The notes under the pieces were generated by a model. It searched no databases. It saw only the letters and a list, made by a program, of their open reading frames with translations, and was not told the origin of the DNA. A stretch of 64,000 nt of DNA from the human T2T-CHM13v2.0 reference genome, Homo sapiens: the NCBI RefSeq assembly GCF_009914755.1, contig NC_060933.1. The stretch is one strand, 5' to 3'. Positions 14,607 through 27,600 of this stretch are shown here, piece by piece. The first letter of the stretch is position 1, and each line of letters starts with the position of its first letter. Position numbers and translations under genes: made by a program.

Positions 14607-15566
14607 TCCAGGGATGTTTTGAAATTTTATGTTGCCTACATGGTTTTATAGAGTCCTTAAAACTGTCCAGTACAGTGGCCACTTTTCCATTTTACAGAAA
14701 GAAGAAACAGATTGAGAGTTGTTCAGGGTAATTTTGGCCAGCACATATGCCAGATGTGGGCTTACCCTACTGCTAAGGATCACAGGCAAATGCAAGATTC
14801 ACAGTCTTTACAGGCACAACTAAAAGGCATTTCATGTCCTTTAAACAAAAAGGAAACCTTTTTAAGGAGAAACAACAAATATGTCCATGCATACAGCTGT
14901 CACATGCTGGAGGTGGGGTTCCAACCCATGTCTACTGGATTCTTCTACAGTAATGAGAGAGGACTTTAATACTCCACTCTCAACAACATACAGATCAAAG
15001 ACACAGAAAATTAATACGGAAATATTGAAACTGAATTGCACTGTAGACAAAATGGCCGTAACAGATACATGCAGAACATTTTATCCAACAGCAGAATCCG
15101 CATTTTTCTCTAGTGCACATTCTCCCGGATAGACCATTTGGTAGGGCACAAAACAAGTCATAATAAATTTAAGATCAAAATCACATCAAATATTGTTCCT
15201 GACCAAGATGGTATGAAACTTAAATCAATAACAGGAAAAATATATGGACATTAAACGAAATGCTCTTGAACAACAAATGTGTCAAAACAGAAACAAAAAA
15301 AAGGAAATTACAGAATATCTTGAGACAAATAACATTGGAAACACAATATACCAAGACCTATGGGATGCAGCAAAAGCAGTTTTAAAAGGGAAGTTTATGT
15401 AATAACAATAAATGCCTACATTAAAAAAGAAGAAAAGATCCCAAATAAGTAGCCTAACATTACAGCTCAAGGAACTAGAAAAAGATGAAACTAAACCCAA
15501 CTTTAGAAGAAGGAAAGAAATAATGAAAATCAAAAAAAGAAACAGAAAAATCAATACAACTAAGAG

Positions 15567-15877
15567 TTTTTTTGTTGTTTTTTGTTTTTATTTTTTGAGA
15601 CAGAGTCTCACTCCATCATCGAGGCTGGAGTGCAGTGGCACAAGCTCAGCTCACTGCAACCTCCACCTCATGAGTTCAAGCGATTCTTGTGCCTCAGCCT
15701 CCGAGTAATTGGAATTACAGGCACGAGACACCATGTCTGGCTAATTTTTGTATTTTTAGTAGAGATGAGGCTTTGCCATGTTGGACAGGCTGGTCTCAAA
15801 CTCCTGACCTCATGTAATCCACCCTCCTCGGCCTCCCAAAGTGCTGGGATTACAGGCATGAGCCACTGCACCCAGCC
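15567..15877 (-). mobile_element. AluS
   Basis: Antisense Alu; short TSD TAAGAG. Confidence 0.9.
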
Positions 15878-16564
15878 TAAGAGCGTTTTAAGTAAGCAAA
15901 ACTGACAAACCCTTAACTAGGCTAAGAAAACAAAAGAGAGTACTCAAATATATAAAATCAAAAATAAAATTGGAGACAGTAGAACAGACACCTCAGAAAT
16001 AAAAAAGATCATAACGAACACTAGTTCGTTATGAATAATTATATGCAAAAAATTTGGTAATCTAGAGGAGATATAGACATTCCTAGAAAAATACGAACTA
16101 CCAACATTGAATCAGGAAGCTGTAGAAAGCCTGAACAGATAATTAACAAAGAAATGGAAGTAGTGATTTAAAATCTCTCAACAAATAAAAGCTCAGGACC
16201 AGATGGCCTTACAGCTGAATTATACCAAACTTTCAAAGAAGAATTAATGCCAATATTTCTCAAACCCTTCCAAAAAATAGAGCCAGAGGGAATACATTTT
16301 AACACATTTTATAAGGCCAATATTACCTTGATACCTAAGTCAGACAAAGACGCAGCAAGAAAAGAGACCTACAGGCCAATATTTCTGAGGAACATTGATG
16401 GAAACATTCCCAATAAAATATTAGCAAACCGAATTCAACAACACATTGAAAGATTATATGTCATTATCAGGTGGGAATGTATCCCTGGCATGAACAGCTG
16501 GTTTAACATACACAAATCAGTCAATGTGCTATATCACATGAACAGACTAAAAGATTAACCACAT

Positions 16565-16990
16565 ATGGAACTAGCCCCAATGCCCATCAGTCAACAAGTG
16601 GATAAAGAAAATGTGATATATATATACCATGGAATAAAACGCAGCCATAAAAATGAACAAAATAATGGTATTCACAGCAACCTGGTGGGAATTGGAGACA
16701 ATTATCTAAGTAAAGTAACTCAGGAATGAAAACTCAAACATCATATGTTCATACTCATAAGTGGGAGCTAAGCTATGAGGGTGCAAAGGCCTAAGAATAA
16801 TACAGTGGACTTTGGGGACTCGGGGGGGAAAGGGTGAGAAGGGGGTGAGGGATAAAAGACTACACACTGGGTATGGGTACACCGCTCAGGTGACCGGTGC
16901 TCCAAAATCTCACAAATCACCACTAAAGAACTTATTCATGTAACCAAACATCACCTCTTCCCCAAACCTACTGAAATAAAGAAAAATAGA
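16565..16990 (+). mobile_element. L1PB-type 3' end
   Basis: GGGAGCTAAGCTATGAGG...GGATAAAAGACTACAC...CACCACTAAAGAACTTATTCATGTAACC. Confidence 0.75.
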
Positions 16991-17019
16991 GTAGTATCAA
17001 ATTTTTAAAAAAAGAAAAA

Positions 17020-17365
17020 GATAAAAATTATCAAGGTCATCAAAAACAAGGAAAACTGCCACAGCCAAGAGGAGCCTAAGGAGACGTGAGCGCCAAATAT
17101 AGTGTGGTATCCTATGGGATCCTGAACAGAAAAAGGACTTTAGGGAAAAACTAAGGAAATATGAATAAAGTACAGATTTTAGTTAATAGTAATGTATCAA
17201 CATTGGTTCATAGGTGTAATAAATGTACTATACTAAGTATAATGTTACTAATTAATGTTAACAGTAGAGAGAACTGTGTGTGAGATATGTAAGAATTCTC
17301 TGTACTGTCTTCATAATTTTTCTGTAAATCTAAAACTGTCCTAAAATTAAAAGCCTATTAACATA
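17020..17365 (+). mobile_element. L1MD/MC-type 3' end fragment
   Basis: TCAAGGTCATCAAAAACAAGG...GAGGAGCCTAAGGAGAC...GTAAATCTAAAACT. Confidence 0.65.
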
Positions 17366-17754
17366 AAAAAACACATGATTATGTCATTTGACACAAGAAT
17401 AAAAACACTGGACAGAGTTCAACAGCTTTGTTTTCTTTTTTTCAAGTAGGTATATGACCTTAGGTAATTTATTTAATCTCTCTGAACCTCAGTTTTTCAC
17501 CTATAAAATATATATCTTAACTGGATCAAATTCTGTAAAATTGTGTTGAAGGTTAGTTGAAATACTTTATCTAAAGCACTTAGCACAATTCTTAGCACTT
17601 AATAAAAGTTGCTACTCAATGAAAGGTCGTTATAATCTACAAAATAATTTTATAACAGTTCTTCAAAAACAAAGCTTCCAAGTTTTCACTCAGTAAAATA
17701 TTTTTTGATGAATAAGAAAAAGAAATTAATAAATAAAAAGAATAAGAAAAAGAC

Positions 17755-18725
17755 ATTAATAGACATTTCTCAAAAAAGATATTCAAATGACCAACAGGTA
17801 CATAAAAAAAATCCAACATCACTCGTCATTGGGGAAATGCAAATCAAAACCACAATGAGATATCACCTCACTCCAGTTAGAATGGCTAAAATAAAAAAGA
17901 TAAAAGAAAACAAATGTTTGTGAGGATGCAGAGCAAAGTGAATGCTTACATACTGTTGGTAGGAGTATAAATAAGTACATCCAGCATGAAAAACTCTATG
18001 GAAGTCCCTTAAAAATTAAAAATAGAACTACCATATGGTTCAGTAATCTTACTATTGGTTACATATCCAAAGGAGGGCAAATCAGTATGTCAAAGAGACA
18101 TCTTCACTCCCATGTTTATTGATGCACTATTCACAATAGCCAAGATAAAGAATCAATCCAACCCAAAAAGGGGTGGTTTAAAAAGTGTGATATAATACAT
18201 ATTCATATATATACATATTCATATATATATGAATACTATTTAGCCCTAAAAAAGAATTGAGTCCTATCATTTGCAACAACATGGACAGACATAGAGGACA
18301 TCATGTTAAGTGAAATAAACTATACACAGAAAAACAAATACTACATGATCTCAATCATGTGGAATCAAAAAAAAGTTGATATCATAGAAGCAGAGAATAG
18401 AACAGTGGTTACTGGAGACTGGGGACAGGAGAAGGACAGGAGTATGAGGAGAAGCTGGTCAATGAGCACAAAATTATAATTAGATAGAAGGAATAAGTTC
18501 TGGTATTCTGTTGCACAGTAAGGTGATGATGGTTAATAGTAAAATATAATATATTTCAAAAGACCTAGAAGAGAGACTTTTGAATGTCTTCACCATAAAG
18601 AAATGATAAATATATGAAGTGACAGTCATGCTGTTTGATCATTATACATCATATATGTATCAAAATATCAAGTTTTACCCTATAAATATATATAATCACA
18701 ATGTCAATTTTAAATATAATAAAAA
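17755..18725 (+). mobile_element. L1MA (MA5-7-like) 3' portion
   Basis: ORF2 C-terminus ([17 protein letters not shown]) and L1MA-type 3' UTR. Confidence 0.75.
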
Positions 18726-20200
18726 TCTCAACATCCTTTCTTGATAAAAATTCAACAGTTTAGGAATAGAAGGAAATTCAACATAACAAAAGCCATTTAT
18801 GAAAAACTCATAGTTAATGTCATGATTATTGGAGTGAAACTGAAAGCTTTTTTTTTAAGATCTGGTACAAAGCAAGGAGGTTCCCTCTCAACACTTCTAT
18901 TCAACATTGTACTGTAAGTACTATCAAGAGCAATTAGAAAAGACAAAGAAATAAGAGAATCCCGATTGAAAAGGAATAAGTAAAATTATTTCTATTTGCA
19001 GATGACATGATCCTATGTGTAGAAAACCCCCAGTTCACCAAAAAACTGTTAGACTTAACAAATGAATTCAGTAAAGTTGTAAGATACAAAAACAACATGT
19101 GAAAGTCTGTGGCATTTCTATGCACAAATAACAGCCTAGCTGAAAAAGAAATCATGAAAACAATCCTATTTATGATAGTATTAAAAAATAAAATACTTAG
19201 AAAAAATTTAACTAAAAGGAGAAATACCTGTACACTGAAAACTGCAATAACATTGATAAGAGAAATTGAAGGAGTCACAAGTAAATAGAAAGGTATTCCA
19301 TGCTCATGGACTGAAATAATTAATATTGTTTAAATGTCTATACTACCTAAAGCAATATATAGACTCAATGCAATCCCTACCAAAATCCCAATAGCCTTCT
19401 TATAGAAATAGACAAAAAGTTTTAAAATTTGCATGAAACCACAAGAGCTTCTAAATAGCCAAGCAATTCTGAGGGAAAAAAGTTGGAAGCATCACACATC
19501 CTGATTTAAAATTATATTACAAAGCTAAAATAATTGAAACAGTATGGTACTGGCATAAAAACAGACTAATAGACCAGTGGAACAGCATAAAGAGCCCAGA
19601 AATAAATCCAAACACATATGATAAACTAATTTTTGACAAGGGCCACAACAAGACACAATGAGAAAAGAATAGTTCCTTCAATAAATGGTGCTGGGAAAAC
19701 TGGATCTCCACATGCTAAAGAATGAAATTGGATTCTTATCTTATACCATATACAAAAATCAGCTCAAGGTGGATAAAAGACCTAAACATAGACCTGAAAC
19801 CATAAAACGCCTAAAAGGGGAAAACACAGGGGAAAAGCTCCTTGATATTGGCCTTGGCAATGATTTTTTGGGCATCACAGCAAAAGCTCAAGCTATTAAA
19901 GCAAAAATAAATAAATGGGACTATATCAGACTAAAAAGCTTCTGCACAGTATAGGAAACATTCAACAAAATGAAGAGGCAACCTACAGATTGTGAAAAAA
20001 TATTTGCAAACCATATCCAAGGGATTAATATTCAAGGTTTATAAGGAACTCATACAACTCAGATAAGGAGTTAATATCCATGATTCACAAAGAACTCATA
20101 CAACTCAATATAGCAATAAAACATATAACCTGATTGAAAAAATGGGCAGAGGACTTGAATAGTCATATTATAAAAGTTGACATAAAAATACCCAACATAC

Positions 20201-20544
<344 letters not shown>

Positions 20545-21394
20545 TCATCAAAGAAATGCAAATCAAAACCATTGTGAGAACTACCTCACACCTGTTAGGA
20601 TAGCTATTACCAAAAAGATAAGAGATAAGTGTTGGCAAGGGTGTACAGAAAAGAGAACCTTGTACACTGTTGATAGAAATGTAGATTAGTGCAGCCATTA
20701 TGGAAAACAGTATGGTGATTCCCAAGAAAATTAAAATAGAACTGCCATATGACCCAGCAACCCATCTTCTGGATATACATCCAAAGGAAATGAAATCACC
20801 ACCTTGTTAAGATATCTGCCCTTCAATATTTATTGTAGTAGTTTTCATAATACCCAAAACATGGAAACCACCTAGGTGTCCACCGATGAGCAAGTGGATA
20901 AAGAAACTGTGTGTGTGTGTGTGTATGTGTGAAAGAGAGAGAGAGAGAATATTATTCACCCTTCAAAAAGGAGGAGCTCTTGCCATTTGCTACAACATGG
21001 ACGGATCTGGGGAAACTTAACGCTAGGTAAAATGAGCCACACACAGAAAGAAAAATATTGCATGGTCTCATTTACATGTGAAATCTTTTAAAAAGAAGAA
21101 GAAGAAAGTCAGATACAAAGAAATAGAAACAAAACAGTGGCCACCAGCATTGGGGTGAGGGGAGGAAATAAGAAGATGCAGGTCAGAGAATACAAAGTGG
21201 CAAATATGTAGGGTGGACAAGCCAAAAGATCTAATGTACAGTGTGAGGACTATCACTAATAATAGTATATTGTATTCAGGATTTTTGCTAAATGAGTACA
21301 TTATAGTTGCTCTTGCCATGAGGGAAAAATGGGTAACTATGCAAGGTCATGTATATATTGATTTTTTCCACTATAATAACCATTTTACTATATA

Positions 21395-21627
21395 CAGTTG
21401 GCCCTCCATATCCATAAGTTCCGTATCCATGGGTTCTGCATCCATGGGTTCAACCAACTGCAGATCAAGCATATAGTATTTGCTGGATGTGGGACCAGTA
21501 GAAATGGAGGGCTGATTTTTTTGCATTGATGATTCCACAGGACCTACAGTGAGACTTGAGCATCCATGAATTTTGGTATCCTCAGAGTCCTGGAGCCAAG
21601 CCCCAGTGGATACCAAGGGATGACAAT
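21395..21627. mobile_element. MER2/MER2B-like TcMar-Tigger DNA transposon relic
   Basis: CAGTTGGCCCTCCATATCC... and ...GGATACCAAGGGATGACAA terminal repeats flanked by TA. Confidence 0.7.
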
Positions 21628-22101
21628 ACATGTATCTTATAACATGTTATATACCTTAAATGTACAAAGAAAATTTTATCTCTAAAAAATACACTCTTTT
21701 AGCAGTTTTGAAACATGTAAGATATTATTATGTCTTTTAGTTAGGAAATTTAATCCATTTAAATTTGGGTGTAATTGGGTTACATAAAACATCTTATAAC
21801 ACTATTAAACTGATAAAAATTTAACTTCACATACAAAAACCACACTTTTACTCCATCTTCCATCTTCCATTTTTATTTTTTGATGTCACATATTACATCT
21901 TTTTATATTGGGTATCCTTTAACAAATTATTGAGCTATTCTTATTTTTAATAGGTCTGCCTTTTAACCTTTATACTAAAGATATAAGTGATTTACACATC
22001 ACTTTTACAGTATCATAGTATTCCAAATTTGACTATGCACTTACTTTTACCAATGAGTATTATACTTTCATGTTTTCATGTTACTATTTAGCTCTCTTTC
22101 A

Positions 22102-22446
<345 letters not shown>

Positions 22447-22627
22447 TCATCCCACCCTCTCCTGGCCTGAAAGAGCTCTTCTGAGAAATTCTCTGCTAGC
22501 CTTTGGGACTCTCTTATAAGTGCTTTATTCTTTCCTTTTGCTGCTTTCAGAATTCTCTCTTTGTCTTTGTTGCTTGATAGTTTGATTATAATATGTCTTG
22601 ATGTCATTTTATTTGAATTGTATCTGA

Positions 22628-22999
<372 letters not shown>

Positions 23000-24645
23000 G
23001 TTTTCAGCTATTATTTTAAAAATAATCTTTCTGTCCCTTTGTCTCTCTTTCTTAAATTCCTATAATTTGAATATTTGCTTTTACGAGGCTGTCCCATAAA
23101 TCCTGTATGCTTTCTCTATTCCTTTTCATTCTTTTTACTCCTCTGACTGTATATTTTCAAATACCTGTCTTCAAGTTCACAGATTCTTTCTTCTGATTAA
23201 CCAACTCCCTGTTGATGCTTTCTATTGACTTTTTCATTTTTTATTGTATTTTTCAGGTCCAGATTTCTATGTGTGTTTTTAAATAATTTCAATTGCTCTA
23301 TTAAAGTTCTCATTTTGTTTATTATTTTTCTGATTTCATTGAATTGTTTGTATTTTATTGAAGTTCACTGAGCTTTCCTAAAACAAATATTTTGATTTTT
23401 TTGTTAGAAAATTCATATATTCCCATTTATCTAGGGTCAGAAACTGAAAAACTATTGTGTTCTCTTGGTAGTGATATGTCTTTTTGTTTTTTCATGTTTC
23501 TTGTTGCATTGCATTGATGTCTACACATTTGTTGAAACAGTTATCTCTTTCAGACATTTGGGCTAGTTTCACTGTGAAAAGGCCTTCCTCAACAGGGAGG
23601 AGTAAAGGCTCTGGATGGTTGGAGTGTGGCTCCTTGGTAGTAGCCACATAGTTCTGTCAGCTAAGATCAGTGTTGTTGAAGATTACAGAATCCTCAGCAG
23701 CGAATGCTGTGAATGTCCACAGTAGCAGTGAGGGTTGTTAGGGTTTTCATGACAATGGCTTCTACAGTCCTCCCAATCTTTTTCCTCCTGCCAGGGAAGT
23801 TGTAGATTGGGGCAGGTCCCTCTTGGCACTGGGACCAGCTTTCAGGCCCTTTTGCAGTAATGGTGGCTCTGGTATCTGATGAGTGGCACCCATGGAGCAG
23901 CCACAGAGGTTAGTCCTAAGGCATAGGTACACATGCTGGCACTATAGCTCTGGGCTGTAGGCAGTAGTGGCACTGGTGCCCCGGGAGCAGGTACCCCCAC
24001 TGCTGTATTGGTAATGGTATGTGTTGCACATATGCTTGTGAAACAGCTGGGGAGCTGAGAATGGCAGCACAGGTGTACATAGAGTTATAGTACTTGGGAG
24101 CTGGGGTAAGATCTAGCTCTCTATGGCAGTTGAGCCTGGGGCATAGGCATGCTCAGAGTGACCTTGGCACTCTAAAGCCCAGAATGTGAACTAGCTTGCT
24201 ATAGCAATGGATCCAGTGTCTAAGATGTGTTCAGGGCGGTTAAGCCACAGAACACAGCTCTAGAGTGTGGGCGCTCATAAGGCAGCTGCTGCTTGGGAGT
24301 TGGGGCACACAGGGTTAAAAGAGGTGGCAGAGGGAAGTGCAGCTATGTCTTCCTCTCTGAGAGTGGTAAGAATGGCTGTTGGGTACCTTAGTATCAAAAG
24401 ACGCTGGTGTCCTTTGCAGAGAATGCTGCTGGGGACCACAACAGTTAATTTGGCTAATACCAAAAGCATCTGTCTTCCTTCTTTGTTCCTGTCTTCTGGA
24501 ATCTCAGGTATACAAATCTCACCAGTGATCCTTTCTAAGTGGATAGTTTCCATTTTATTTTGCTCTACTGTGCTGCTGCAGATTCTTTAATGGCCCTTGA
24601 GCTGTCTCAGGGCTATAGTGGTTTGTGGAAATAGCTGTCCATGTT

Positions 24646-24688
24646 TGTGTGTGCGTGTGCATGTGTGTGTGTATGTGTGTGTGTGTGT
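24646..24688. repeat. Imperfect (TG)n microsatellite
   Basis: tgtgtgtgcgtgtgcatgtgtgtgtgtatgtgtg... Confidence 0.85.
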
Positions 24689-27600
24689 AGGGGAGGATTG
24701 AAGGCTTATATCTCCTACTCCACTATCTCGATGATATCAATCTCTCAACTTCTACCATGTTTTTAAACCTACTAAATATATTCTTCTGCATATTGTAATA
24801 TTTCAATCAAGATTAAAGTTTTGATATCTATCTTTTTAAAATGCATGTAGTTTCAAAAGTCTAGCAAAATCAGGTTTGCTGATTGAACAATTTAGAAAGT
24901 ACTTTGGCTTTTAAAAGCTCTTTATTATGAAAAACTGTTTATTATGAAAATTTCAAATATGTACAAAGTAAACAAAACAGTATAAAGAATCCTCATGTCC
25001 TACATTATACAACTGCAATGGCTATCATTATTTTTGTCATTCTTTTTTCACCTGTATCTCTCATTTATCACTATATACCTATATCTATCACTACATATAT
25101 AACATACCTTGAAATGCCTACATATTAGCTTTACAATTTTGACAAATGAGTACACCAGAGTAAGCCACATCTTTATTATGATATAAAACAATTCTCTCTT
25201 CCCAGATAACTTCCCAGATAACTTCCTCATATCTCTTTCTGATCAACCCTCAACCCTTAGGGTAGGCACTATTCTGATACAATTAGATTTGTTTTGCTTT
25301 AAACTTCATATAAATGAAATCATAATGCATTCGCTTTTAATTTAAAGGAGAGTTTGCCAGAACTGGTCTTTCATCATGAAATCAGATTAAAAAGTGACAA
25401 GTGAGAATAAAAGTTGGACATTGAATAGTATTGAAGCAACTCAAGTGTGTAATGAGTGTGTTTAGAAAAAGCTAGTCTAATTAAAATCATCACTGATGTA
25501 TACTTGAGAACAGTAGGTAAGAGTGTAAATATGTAATATGCAAAGCTCTGAATTTATAGTTAGATTTCTGGCAGCATATGATGTTTAATTTAACAAAATA
25601 ATTCAGCAGGAACATTATAATAGAATTTTATGAAGTTCTTCTTTGCTCTTAGATAATATCCACACTGATGGGAGGGATAAGAAACATTAAGATAAAGAAA
25701 CACAATTCAACCTGCTAAAGTGGGCTTTATGGTTAGAAATGCAACAAAGTCACAGCAGTGAAAAATACATCTACTTCTTGGTCAAAAGACATTGTACTTT
25801 TTATTTAATGTATTGCAACTTAGAACTGTTTCTAACAGGTTTCCATGATGCTGTGCAAATAAGCAGCTAGAGTCAGGTTAAAAGAGATCGAGCATTTCCT
25901 GTGAGAGGTCCTTAGAAGGAGAGATTAAGGTGGGACCAGAGATGAGCTTGAAGGCAAGTTGTGTTTCCTGTGGGTCTGGTTTCCTGTCCCACTCCACCAC
26001 ACCTTTCCTCCAGCTATGACCAATGAGCTACTTGAAATGTTTCCTTTTCCTAAAACACTCCTACTCTAATAGGAAATTGATAATCTGTTTGAGAGACCAT
26101 GTCCAAGTCTGAAACTGAGCAGAACCCCTTTGCTTACCTAGATTTTTAGGATGCTTCAGAGGTGTCAGGCTTTGCAAAAATTCACCTGTGACCTGTCCTA
26201 AGCTGTCAGTTCAGAGAAGAAAACTGGCTGCAAGGTCAATCCAGTGCCCTGTGTCTTCCACAGCTACTGAATTTGAGAGAAGCAACTATTCATCAGCACA
26301 AACTTTATTCCAACCCCAAGTGTCTTTTTATTATCACTAGTTTGAAATAGATAGCATCAGTTGGTCTGCTTCCAAAATTCTTATTTCTTTGAAGATGAAA
26401 AGAAAAACATTCCAGAGACCAAGTTTTCTCTGAAGTATTTTAAGGAAGTATGAAACTGTTAAGTGCCTCAGAACCCATCTTGGGTTCTTAGCTTATCTTT
26501 CTTCAAAATCACCTTAGTGGATAAAGTTGGTGCTACCTTCAAGTCAAGTCAAATGTTTATCAGCAGTAAATTAATGGTGTGGGAATGGTGGGAAGAGAAG
26601 GAAAAAGTCACTCGTATTTCTCAAAGTCTGATCAAATTATTTTAACATTATCCTGACAGCCTTTCACAGGTCTCCCTTATCACACTTCAATATCTACCAC
26701 TATCTCTAACCCATTGACTTTCACATACATTCAATGGCCATTTACTTCCTTACTATTTTTTGAAACCTTCACCAAGCTACAGTCCTAGATTTCTGATCCT
26801 TCCTACAACATGGACTCTGTTCTCCCAACACCAAATGGCATGCTTAAACTAACTCCAGGTCAGGGTCTACCTCCACCTCAAGTGCAGAGAAGAAAACACC
26901 CATGGAATGCTGCTGACCACAGATGGAGTCCTTCGAGAAAAAAAATAAACTAACTAAGGCTAACACTCCATCACTGAATCCTTGACACTTGTGGACCGAG
27001 AAATTTTGAGGCAGAAATGTTATCCAAACCTCAGACTTAGTGATGCCACTGAGTTCTTATCAGTGGGATACAGTTTCCAGTTGCTTTTATTCAGTGGTAA
27101 TGATGAATTTGTGCTGCCCCAGCCACACTTCGGTCATTTGAGTAACCAGAGGAACAAGTTAACACAGCAAAATAAACTGGCCTGTGAGGGATCCCATTGG
27201 TGGCTTTGGTCTTTGGATTGGGTTGGTGGGTTCAGCTCCCCCAACCAAGCCAGGAGCTGAACCCTAACAGGCATTCTTGGGCTGTCTACTGTCGGAGGCA
27301 GTTGAGTCAGCTCCATCCCATTCTTCCTTGGCCCCCTTCTTATTTTCCAGACTTTTCTCACTTCGCCTCCTTCCATTCTGCCTGTGTCTCTTAGTACATC
27401 TGCAGCCCAGATACTGCTCCAGACAGACTCAGAGTTATCATTAGAAAAATCAGTGGAGATGCTAAACAGCCAGACAGTGATGATAAGCAGGGTACTTCCT
27501 GAAATCTCCTGTGGGCATCCACAAGGCCAAATCTAAGGGAGCATTTCCAATCCTCTCACAAAACAGACACACTCCAAGGTCAAGAGACACCACAATGCCT

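Noticed and set aside
20015-20110. Short tandem duplications (also ~1862-1900, 25200-25225, 37433-37455, 45003-45050)
   Set aside because: Ordinary slippage duplications with two copies only, mostly inside old repeats; not an array.
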